Source: an uncultured virus (IMG/VR IMGVR_UViG_3300047668_001392) (Duplodnaviria > Heunggongvirae > Uroviricota > Caudoviricetes > Crassvirales). Taken from it: a stretch of DNA of 64,000 nt. The position numbers and the translations under genes were made by a program. The DNA lies in IMG/VR virus record IMGVR_UViG_3300047668_001392, one strand, 5' to 3'. The notes beneath the pieces were generated by a model that saw only the letters and a list, made by a program, of their open reading frames with translations, ran no database searches and was not told the origin of the DNA. This document shows positions 20,170-30,400 of this stretch, one piece after another; position 1 is the stretch's first letter; each line of letters begins with the position of its first letter.

Positions 20170-21417
20170 ATGGCAAATTACACAGGGAAAACAATAGCGT
20201 TCTCACATAAAGGTGGGTTCTGGAAGACTAGATATAGTTATACCCCGACATGTTATGCCGTTGTAGATAACGTTATGATCTCTACTAATAAGACATCCCT
20301 TGATACTTCTACTAATTCAACCGCTTTTTTCTGGGAGCACGAAGTAAACGCTAAGCGTAATGTATTTTACGAGACGCAATATAAATCATCGTTAACGTTG
20401 GTTTCTAACCAAGACCCTAGCGCTGTAAAGCTATTTAAGGCCTTATCTCTAGAGAGTAACTCTAAAGATTGGGTTGGAACGGCAGCTACGAATATTAACC
20501 CTGCAGGATCCCCTCAAAATGAGTTACAATTAGGTAGTATTAAGGGATTTGTAACTAAAGAAGGAAATCAATACAGTGAGTTACCTAAATCTTTAAATAA
20601 CTCTAACAGCAATTTAGACTATGTGTGCCAGCTGGATTCAATTATAGACAGCTCTATGCTTACTGGATTGGATGAGCTTTCAGCAGATCTTAATAATGAT
20701 GGAGTTGTTGACGTTTCTGATATTCTTATATTTTTAGGACAATTCGGAGGCCTTGATCCGTTGGGTATTGCTGATTTAGATTTAGATGGAACAGTAACAA
20801 CTAATGACCTCCTTTTATTAACAGCGCAATTCGGAACTTTTACTAGCAATGCTGATTCTTCAAATTTATTTTTTGATCTTAGTCAACCACTTCTTTCTCT
20901 AGTTGCTTCGGGTTGGGCAGCCTCAGTCTTGTCTTCTTCCTTAAACACTCCTCTTTTAGGTGGGGGCGGAAGTCAAGCTGTTTTTGTAAGCGCACTGGAA
21001 GATGTTTATACATTAAGTTATTCTTCCAATGCGTGGAATTTTGTGAATTTTGTTTCTGAAACCACAGTCTTTAACGTAAATAGTCCGTATGTATATGTAC
21101 ACTCGTACACTAGTGACGGGAATGTAATTTTAGGGGTTAGCGGGGATGTTACATTGGACGCAATTACAGCTTTAATAAGTTTCACAAATAGTCTAGGTCC
21201 TGAATGGGATACAATACAATTATATTCTATTACCTCGCCAGACATAAACGGTGACCCCATGAGAGGGCAATATCTACATCTCCATTTAGAGAACGATAGC
21301 ACCACCCCTGTAGAGACATATGCTATAAACGTAGACTTTGAGAATACTAAGCTAGACGGGAGTAAAGGTAGCACTCAAAAGAAGCCTAAACAAAAGGCTT
21401 CCCCTAGTTCAAAGTAA
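20170..21417 (+). CDS. C-terminal part of the muzzle/tail stabilisation protein, with an inserted dockerin-like double repeat
   Basis: TIAFSHKGGFWKTRYSYTP, VKLFKALSLES, FVTKEG, GDPMRGQY: motifs normally at the C-terminus of the single-chain protein. Confidence 0.7.
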   Translation: MANYTGKTIAFSHKGGFWKTRYSYTPTCYAVVDNVMISTNKTSLDTSTNSTAFFWEHEVNAKRNVFYETQYKSSLTLVSNQDPSAVKLFKALSLESNSKDWVGTAATNINPAGSPQNELQLGSIKGFVTKEGNQYSELPKSLNNSNSNLDYVCQLDSIIDSSMLTGLDELSADLNNDGVVDVSDILIFLGQFGGLDPLGIADLDLDGTVTTNDLLLLTAQFGTFTSNADSSNLFFDLSQPLLSLVASGWAASVLSSSLNTPLLGGGGSQAVFVSALEDVYTLSYSSNAWNFVNFVSETTVFNVNSPYVYVHSYTSDGNVILGVSGDVTLDAITALISFTNSLGPEWDTIQLYSITSPDINGDPMRGQYLHLHLENDSTTPVETYAINVDFENTKLDGSKGSTQKKPKQKASPSSK

Positions 21418-21465
21418 GCACTTTTTGTAGTATTTTTGTACAAACTGTAATAATATGAAGAATTA

Positions 21466-22782
21466 ATGCCATACGATAACCAAGGAAATTGGGTTCAAGG
21501 AGGTGTTCCACAAGGCAATCCTTTTTCTGATATGTTTAACTCTACGGGGAGCTATAGCCAATACGCTGGTGGGAATACTGGTGGATGGGGAGTTGGCGGA
21601 GCAGAAGCGTTTGGGAATGCTTGGGGCGGACAAAACGAAGGGCCAGGACCCATGCAGGGTTCAATGAATCCACATGCTCTTAAGTATGACAATATCTTTG
21701 ATGTTGACACATCTTTTTTAGATTACACCCCTACTGGTCTTGACTTTTCAATAGATGGAGCTGATGGAGCTGATGGAAAAGGAGGAACTCCAAGAACCAA
21801 GGAGGACTATGCAAATAAGGCTGCAGGGATTTCTATGATGGTGAGTGGAGCAGCGGATTGGTTTGGGTCTAAAAAACGTATGGGTGTGCAGCAAGGTTTG
21901 GCCGATGCTGCGAAATTAGATATAGATCAATTCCGTGATGACGCGACAGCTGGCAAGTATGACGCTAAGACGAACAAACAGAAGATGGATTCCGTTTCTT
22001 TTGGGAGGCAGGATCTCGATATAAATCCTTCTTTATCTATGGCGGCAACGACAATGGATAATATGTCCACAGACCCTAGGATGATGGCGTCGACTTTAGG
22101 TAGTATGAATACCTCTAATACTAAATCTATGCAAAATTTACAACAGACAAATCTCCAAAACGAATTAGCTAACACACAGAGGTATGGAGATTATATGGGG
22201 GGCTTACAGACTCAAAACGAAGGTTTCCAAAGAGGGTTAGCGACAGATAAGTTCCAAGACGATAAGCTGGCATTTTCAACAGCTACGGATAACAAGATGA
22301 TGATGGATGAAAAGAGACGGCAGGGGATAGCGAACGTAGTTGGTGGGGGATTGCAATACTTTAGTGAGCAAGGAATGAAGATACCAGAGTTTCAAGAAGG
22401 GGGTGATGTAATGCAGCAGATATTAGCTGCTCAAGGTGAAGGCGGTATCCCACCAAGACAAGACCTTCCAGGAGAGGAGAGTCACGAAGCCAACCCAATA
22501 AGTATGGTTGCTCCTGATGGGGAGGTAGTTGGAGAGGCTACGGGAGGGGAGATAATCCTTAACGGAGAACAAACAGAAGATATAGAGAACGCTGTAGCGA
22601 TGGTAGACCAAGCTGTAGAGTCGGGACAAGAGCCTTCTATGGAAGCTCTTATGGCTCTTTACGAAGCGGTAAGCAAGACCTTATCTCAACCCCAATTCCA
22701 AGACGGAGAACAACAAGAATCTTCTAGCCCAGAACAAGAAAGAATGATGGCTATGTTAGATGGCGGTCAACAAATGGCATAA
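21466..22782 (+). CDS. internal virion/ejection (cargo) protein
   Basis: Q/G-rich helical; PGEESHEANP..GEATGGE motif; FQEGG motif; follows the muzzle. Confidence 0.6.
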   Translation: MPYDNQGNWVQGGVPQGNPFSDMFNSTGSYSQYAGGNTGGWGVGGAEAFGNAWGGQNEGPGPMQGSMNPHALKYDNIFDVDTSFLDYTPTGLDFSIDGADGADGKGGTPRTKEDYANKAAGISMMVSGAADWFGSKKRMGVQQGLADAAKLDIDQFRDDATAGKYDAKTNKQKMDSVSFGRQDLDINPSLSMAATTMDNMSTDPRMMASTLGSMNTSNTKSMQNLQQTNLQNELANTQRYGDYMGGLQTQNEGFQRGLATDKFQDDKLAFSTATDNKMMMDEKRRQGIANVVGGGLQYFSEQGMKIPEFQEGGDVMQQILAAQGEGGIPPRQDLPGEESHEANPISMVAPDGEVVGEATGGEIILNGEQTEDIENAVAMVDQAVESGQEPSMEALMALYEAVSKTLSQPQFQDGEQQESSSPEQERMMAMLDGGQQMA

Positions 22783-24464
22783 TGGCGAATTACAATTACG
22801 TAGCTCCGATAGAGTATAAGTCTTATTCAGAAATGAATAAGGAGCGACTAGCGGCGAAAGCAGAAAGAGATGCACTTAAGGTACAGCAACTCTCTGCGGG
22901 AGATAAACAAAGACAGAAATATTTAGATCAGCTCTCTGGGTTAAAAACCGAAGGTTGGTCTACACTTCATAGGGATGAGTTTATGGCTGAAGTAGAAGAA
23001 GCTAGGCGGTATATACAAAACACCCCTATAAACCAAGTGCAATTTGGACCCGTATCCGATGCTATTATCCGTATGCAAGGTCTTGGAGATAGCCACGCTA
23101 AATTAAGAACAGGGCAGACGGAGTATGAGACTCATTTTGGAGTCAATGCTGTGGATTCTGAAGATGATACTTTTAATACTACGACTACTTATGATAGTGA
23201 AGGCTGGGAGAAAAGGCTTAACACCTTTAATAACGTAGGTTTAATAAATTACTCTAACGGTAGAGGAGATTTCCCTAACCCTAACTACGATCCAAAAGCG
23301 GAGCCAGGGACAGAAGGTAGCTTTAGGAGTGTACGAGAGATGTTGGAGAGCCAAGGGATTGCTATAGAGACGGGTCCTGACGGAAAAGATTACGCCAATG
23401 TAAACGGTCAACAAGTCCCCGTTAACGGTGGTGCGTTTGACGTAGCCGACGGTGGGTTTGGTAACCTATGGAACGGAGATAGAAAGACTAGAGAAACTCA
23501 TACTCCAGGAGATACGTATTTAAACTTTAAAGCTAATGAGAAAGGGGCTTCTGTGTTTACAACTTTAGGTAATAAGTATTTTTCTGAGGTAAAAAATGAA
23601 GGCATGACTCCAGAAGAAGCCCACGCCGAATTAGAAAAAGATGTTATGCTTTATCTAACGGGGCAAGACCCTTCTGCAAGTTTAAGAGCTTCTGCTATTA
23701 GAATGTGGGAGGATAAGTATAATATGGAGTGGGAGGCTATGAATGAGCATATCGCTCGTTCAGAAGCTGCAGGGGGAGATATTCCACCTATCCCAGAAAC
23801 CCCTTGGGAGATGTATGCTAAAGCCGTGGCAGATAAAGCTCCTTTCACACCTAAACCTCCAGGAGAAGATTCTGAGGGTAGATGGGGAACCTCTTTAGCT
23901 CTTTTTAACAGCGTAATTACGAATAAATATCTAAATCTAGAGGAGGCTTCTACTGGAAGAGCAATGAATAACCCTGCGCTTAAGAATGAGCAATGGAAAG
24001 ATATGTTGTCAAGAAACTTAGGCCCTGAGTTTAACGAAACTGGTAATAATATACAGACGATTAGAACCAAAATAGAAGACGCTGAAAACGATAGCGGAAA
24101 CTTAAATGTTTCTATGCCTGAAGGTAAATTTGTGTACGATGGGCAGAAAATAAATAGAGTGACTTATTACCCTGATGAAGATTATGTTATCATTTGGAGA
24201 GCAGTTGAAGACCAGGGGACTTCAGGACCTCTTCCTGCGACATCTTCTTGGGCATATACTCCAATAGGTGGTGGAGATCCTGCAGCTTTGCCTTTTCAGA
24301 TTATATACAAACATAAGGATGGGGAAAGTTCTGATGGAACACCTACTACTCAACAATATAAAGACCTTCAAACAGTATTTAATAAGATGCAAGAAGGATC
24401 GGGCTCGATGGACCCATTACAGGCCCTTTTTGATAGAGCTGAACGAGGCAATTTAGATCAATAA
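22782..24464 (+). CDS. putative ejection/cargo protein
   Basis: Position in the cargo block; helical N-terminus. Confidence 0.5.
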   Translation: MANYNYVAPIEYKSYSEMNKERLAAKAERDALKVQQLSAGDKQRQKYLDQLSGLKTEGWSTLHRDEFMAEVEEARRYIQNTPINQVQFGPVSDAIIRMQGLGDSHAKLRTGQTEYETHFGVNAVDSEDDTFNTTTTYDSEGWEKRLNTFNNVGLINYSNGRGDFPNPNYDPKAEPGTEGSFRSVREMLESQGIAIETGPDGKDYANVNGQQVPVNGGAFDVADGGFGNLWNGDRKTRETHTPGDTYLNFKANEKGASVFTTLGNKYFSEVKNEGMTPEEAHAELEKDVMLYLTGQDPSASLRASAIRMWEDKYNMEWEAMNEHIARSEAAGGDIPPIPETPWEMYAKAVADKAPFTPKPPGEDSEGRWGTSLALFNSVITNKYLNLEEASTGRAMNNPALKNEQWKDMLSRNLGPEFNETGNNIQTIRTKIEDAENDSGNLNVSMPEGKFVYDGQKINRVTYYPDEDYVIIWRAVEDQGTSGPLPATSSWAYTPIGGGDPAALPFQIIYKHKDGESSDGTPTTQQYKDLQTVFNKMQEGSGSMDPLQALFDRAERGNLDQ

Positions 24465-24470
24465 TAGAAT

Positions 24471-27400
24471 ATGGAAATTAACGAACTAGGATATACCAAC
24501 GAGCCGCTAGCAGTAGAAGAACCTATTGCTGCAGCACCGCTTGTTCCTGAAGGCGAACCACAAGGCGATCCTGAAAAGAAAAAGAAAAAGGATATGGTCT
24601 GGGAAGAAGACAGCGAGGCTGTTTTGCTTGGGTTGTATAACGACGGGAAACCTTTAGGGCGAGCAAGAAAAATTATAGCGAATCAATATAAGTGGAAGAG
24701 TAAGGACCAGATGCAATCTGTAGTAGACTTCTACGCAGTTAAAGACGCTGAAAAAAAAAATCTTGGCGGGTCGGAATCGGGCGGTTCTACTTCGGGTGGG
24801 AGTGATGGTTTAGATAATGCTTTAGGTGCGTATAGCGGAACGGACTCCTTAGCTTCTGGATATAACAATATAGGGTCTGCGATAATTATAGGGGGTAATA
24901 CTCATGATGTTCCCAACGAAGAATATACCAGAAAATATGGGAAAGGAATGGTATATAGGTTCGGTGCCGTTAGAGAAGGGGAGACTAAGGACGACATCCA
25001 AATCCTACTAGACAATAACGGAGATAATCCTTATCTGCTAAACGCTATGGATGAGCTTCAGAAAGACGCCTTTCAAAGGTGGGTTTTTAAAGAGGTGGAC
25101 GGCAACCCTTTGTTTACCAATATATTAAACCTTCCAGGAAACGAAGATGTAAAAGAACTTTTTGAGACTACCAACCTTGTAAATCCTTTAATATTTCATA
25201 AGGAGTTAGTTATGGACCTCCTTGCTAGAGCGAGCCGAGACTATAAAAAAGATTTACAGGTTGATGGGTATTCTTTTCCTATACCAATCACAAGTGCCAG
25301 AAGTTTACAAAAGAGTTATGATGAACCAGCAGAAAAAACATTAAAAGGATTAAATACTTCCTTTATGGATTTCTATGGGGGGATGATAAAAGATAGTTTA
25401 CCTAATCGCATTTCTAGAGATGATGAGAAGTTAAAGGATTTAGAATATATCTTTAAAGTGACGAAGGGGTATAGCTTTGACCTTACAGGGGAGGGTACGG
25501 TAGGAAATCAAGATTTCTGGGAGCAGACTGGAGGTCATTTAAAAATCATGGGTTTAACTGTAGCTAATATGTTCTCTTGGCTAAGCATGAAGCTAGGAAA
25601 AGGGATGCAGGATAGTGCGGAAAATCAGGAAAGCAAACGACAGGCGATAGATGAAAGAAAGGATCGCATAGAGGCCGTTCAGATGAAAATGAATTCTTAC
25701 AAGAAAAACATTACAGAGAATGTACAGGCGTGGTGGAATAGCGGGGGAGAGACAGATTGGGATTGGGACTTACTAAGGAGCGGAACGGCTCAGTCTTACG
25801 GGATGATGATAGAGGCTTCACCTTATGTCGTTGGTGCAGGGCTTATGGCTTACACAGGTGCGTCACCACTTCAGATGGCTTTTGGGATGAGCACTTACGG
25901 GGCTACGCAAGACGCTATGCTTATTGAAAACAACATTCAATTCGATAAATTTGTAGATAAAGAAACAGGAGAGGTATATACATATCACGGGGACGATAAA
26001 AGAGACGGGGCGATTAATATGATCGATTACACAAGCGAGGATACTAGAGAAGATATAGATAGAAAAATCTTAGAGAAATTTGATCTTCAAAGAAATGACG
26101 AGAATAGACTTTGGTACCTAACTAAAACTTTTGCTACTGGATTTGTAGCCGACAGGGTTACATTTGGGATTTTCAATAGGGCCATGCAGAAAGCAACTAC
26201 AGGTGGGCTTTTGAGATATGGCAAGCCTATGGATATTGCGAAGGAGGTATTTAAAGGTATGGGTATAGCTGTACCGCAAGGGGCTTTAGGGATTTTCCCA
26301 GACGCCTATATGAGAGCTTTATCCGAAGGGGTAGCTACAGGAGACCCAGACTTAGATGCAGAGAACGCCTTTAAAGTAGCTATAGAAGTTACGCTAGGGA
26401 CTTTACCTTTAGGTTCTACTATGTTTGGTCTTGGTTGGGCGAAAGGAAAAGCAATCCATTTCTCTAAAAGTAGAGTTGGCCGCGACGGAATGAACGTATA
26501 TCATAGAGAGCAGATAGCAGCTTTAATGAAGGTGGTAAATAACAAAAGGGTTTCCTATACGGATAGGATGAATGCTAGGAGGGAGATACTACATATGGAG
26601 CAAGAAGGAAGGATTCGCCAGCAAGACGACGCTAATTTTTACGATTATGTCTCTAGAAAGAAACCGTCCGATATGGATGAGATTGGGAGATTAAATATTC
26701 AGATCGAGCGCACAATAAATAGCATGAATACGCTCTCTAAGGCTCCAAAAGTTATGGGGTTAGATGGTAACGAGGGAGCTAAAGCGGTATATAAAAAAGC
26801 ACTAGATAGTTTAATCCAAAAGAAAGGCGCTATAGAAGAGAGCCATAGGGCGGGGTATGAGGCTAGTAAAGGAGGTGGTGACCCTGCAACAAAAACCGAG
26901 GTAAAGATAACTGCAAGTAAAACAATTGCAAAGCAATCTTTAATAGATGGGGGGGTTAAAAAACCCACTCCTAGCCAAGTGACGGAAGAGCAGGTAAGAC
27001 TCTCTGAGGTAGATTTCAGAAAGACTCCTGAGTGGGTAACAAAAAACATAGAGGACAAACCAAATACAACCCTTACAGAAGAGAGCTTAAGGAATTTACT
27101 TAATTCTGAAAAGTTCGCTATACTTACAGCGGAGAACCCGAAAGGTAAAGGTCAAAGTGAGGCTCAGAATAAAGCAGCTAACGATCAGCTTATACAGTGG
27201 CTTAAAGAAAACGGGTATGTATACCATGAAGTTACAGGGAAGTTTGGATCGGGGGAGAATAGTATATTGGTAGAAAATATGTCACGGAAGGAGGCTAGAG
27301 ATTTAGCAAGAATATTTGACCAGCATAGTGTAGCGACTAAAAAAGGCTTAGTTAAATCCGATGGGAGCTCTGTTGATTTTAAAAAGAAAGTAAATATAAC

Positions 27401-30400
27401 AAAGGGTCTCCCGAATTCTAAGGCAGATAATTACACAACGATTAAATTAGAAGACGGTACTGTAATAACAGTATCCATGGACACTAAGGTTAAAGGGAAG
27501 GGGGCTGATAAGAAAAACATAACGACGGACGAGTTCTTTAATACTGGTTCAGAGAATTTTTTAGTAAAAGAATCGCAGGTTAGGATTTCCGATTCCGACG
27601 CTGTAGTAGGGCTTGAAAAGAGTGGGACAAAACCTAAAGGAAAGGATGGGGAATACACGGCGCAGCAAATATCGGATAAGAAAATTCAACTTTTTAATGA
27701 TGCCGCTATAATAGCAACTCAAGGGAAAGGGGGGACTACACCTGTAAATAAACTACCAGATATGACGCCTGGGACTAAGGCTTGGGAGAAGATGCTTGCT
27801 GGAGTAGATCAGATATTACGGAATACCCCTGAAGGCGGACCAAAAACTATAGAGGTAAAACCACCTACAATTAATCCGTATCCTGTAGACAATACACCCA
27901 AAGGTCCAGTACGCTTAGCTTTAAATAAACTAGGGAATAGATTGAGGGGTATACGTAACAACTGGCTTGTAACAAATCCTATGGGATATAGTGAGCGAGG
28001 GTGGAATATTTTCAAGAGAAGAGAAGGGCCTAAAGAAAGAGCGGGGGATATAATAACCCTTCAGGGTCGTGATCAAAGAGTACGTGACGATCAATTAAAT
28101 CGTGACGCTTTAGAGATAATGAATATATTTAAAAGTATAAGACGCGATGATGCAGGGAAAAGAATAAAGAAAGACGTACACAAAAGAAATATTATTGAGA
28201 TAAATGAATACCTAAGGGGGAATGATGATGCTAGAATATCTTTTCTATCTGAAGCTCAAAGGTCTCAACTAGATTACGCGCGGCAAAAAGTAGACGGTTT
28301 GACTGAGATCCTTATTGATTTAATATCAAGTAAAGGGAAGCTTAGTGATTCGGAAAAGAATTTTATTCAGAAACTAAGGGGTAACCAAGGCACTTACCTA
28401 AAGAGAAGTTATGAGGCCTTTTCTGATAACGGGAAATGGATTGAACAGTTAAATTCAACGAAGGGCGAAATGCCTAAGGCGAAGCAGGCTCTTATCGACG
28501 ATGCGGCTAGATTTGTTATGGAAGAACAAGGTAAATCTTTTGACGATGCTAGGGCTGTTGTACGAGGATACATTCAGGATCTTGCGGGTGGATTTAACAG
28601 CGGAGGGATCGCTAAAGGACAGGGTCTTATAGGGGCTTTAGATACACGAATGTTTAAGGGGAGGAAGGAAATTCCAGAAGCGTTTAGAAAGCTACTAGGT
28701 GAGATTGAAGACCCAATCTTTAATTACGCTGCTACGGTGAATAAACTAGGGAACTATGTAGGCGATTGGCAATTCCAAAATAATTTTAGTAACCACTTAA
28801 TTGAGACTGGATTAGGTAGAAAAAGTGACGCTAATGGAAATGGACCTCAAGGATGGGAAAGGTTAGCCGTTAAAGGAAAGGCTTTTGATGTTTTATCTGA
28901 TGTATGGGTACCAAAAGAGTTTAAGAAGATGTATAACGACATGCAACCTCTAGGGCAACCAGGAGGTAGTCTCTTTAGATTGTACTTAAGGATACAAGGT
29001 ACAGTGAAAGGTTACAAAACGGTTTTCTCCCCTGGAACTATTGCAAGGAATATGGAGAGTGGAATCCTTCTATCCGCTAATGCTGGGCACTTTGCTTTGG
29101 CAGATTTTAAAAATATAGGTGAGATTTCTAAGATGGCTTGGGGGGACTCAGAAGGCTTAGTTAAGAACCGTAAAACTATGGAGTCGGATAAACTAAAGAG
29201 GTTAGGGGTTATTGGGGATACGGCTAGAGCGGGGGAGTATATGATGATGATGAGAGATTTCAGTTCTGCTGACGCGGCGGTAAAAGCTGCAGAGATATCT
29301 GGTAAAGGTTTAAAGGGGGCTAGAAAAAGATTTAATGACGTAGCGCAAAAGGTTTACGCTTTTGGAGATGACTACTATAAGCTTAGTGGGTACTACCAAG
29401 AGGTAAGGAAATTCTTGAGAGATGATCCTAATATGTCTAGGGCAGATGCCGAGATTAGAGCTGCAGAGCGTATCCGTGGGGGATACCCTACATATTCTGG
29501 CTTACCTAGAAACATAAAGAGGTTAAGAAGGTTTCCTCTTACTGGTATGTTTGTTTCCTTTGCTTACGAGGTACCTAGAACTACAGCCAACAACGTAAGA
29601 TATGCAGCTCAAGATTTACGTGAGGGAAGAACTCAAATGGGTATAGAGAGACTTTTAGGTTTAGGGCTATCTACTTCATTAATTTCTGCAATGGTAGCAA
29701 AATCTCAAATAGAGTTTGGGTGGGATGACGATGACACTAAAGCAATACAAGGAACAGGAGCATTTTGGGATAGGAACAGTCAATTTGTAGCGGCGGATTA
29801 TGCTGACGAAAGGGGTGAAGATGGGGTGTTAAAGTATGTAAACCTTTCTAGTATAGTTCCTAATGAGACTTTTTTAAGACCTATAAGAACTTTATTTAAA
29901 GATGGGGCACCTACATTAGAAAGTACTCAAGCCGCTTTATTAGATCTCATGGGGCCTTACATAGCTCTAGACGCTACAACCAACTTTGTTAATGAGATGA
30001 TGACGGGACAAAAGAAAGGTGGGGGGACAATAGGCTATTGGGATAAAGATAAACATCCGCTTGAAAATATAGATGAGAACTGGGATAATATACTTAAGCA
30101 TATGATGGTTGGGGTGGGCCCTGGATATTTTCGTAACATACAAGACTTCGCTAGGGCTAATAAGATTATGCCAGAATTCTTCGGTGGGAAAGCAAATGAA
30201 TATAAAGAGTATACCAACGAAGAAGCTTTCTTGAGGATGATGGGTATTAGTATACAAAGCTTTGACTTAGGTTTGGCTGTCCCTTGGAAGGTCTCCGAAG
30301 AGGCTAGAGACTACCAAAGCTATAAGAAGTTCCACGAGAAAGCGGATAAGATAGATTTATGGATGGGTAAGGATTTCCCTAGCGGGGATGAAACCCCTCC

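Noticed and set aside
20151..20170. Stop readthrough, alternative genetic code or intron joining the muzzle halves
   Set aside because: The gap is short and AT-rich with a normal start context. Genes elsewhere are intact under code 11, and no intron structure is seen.
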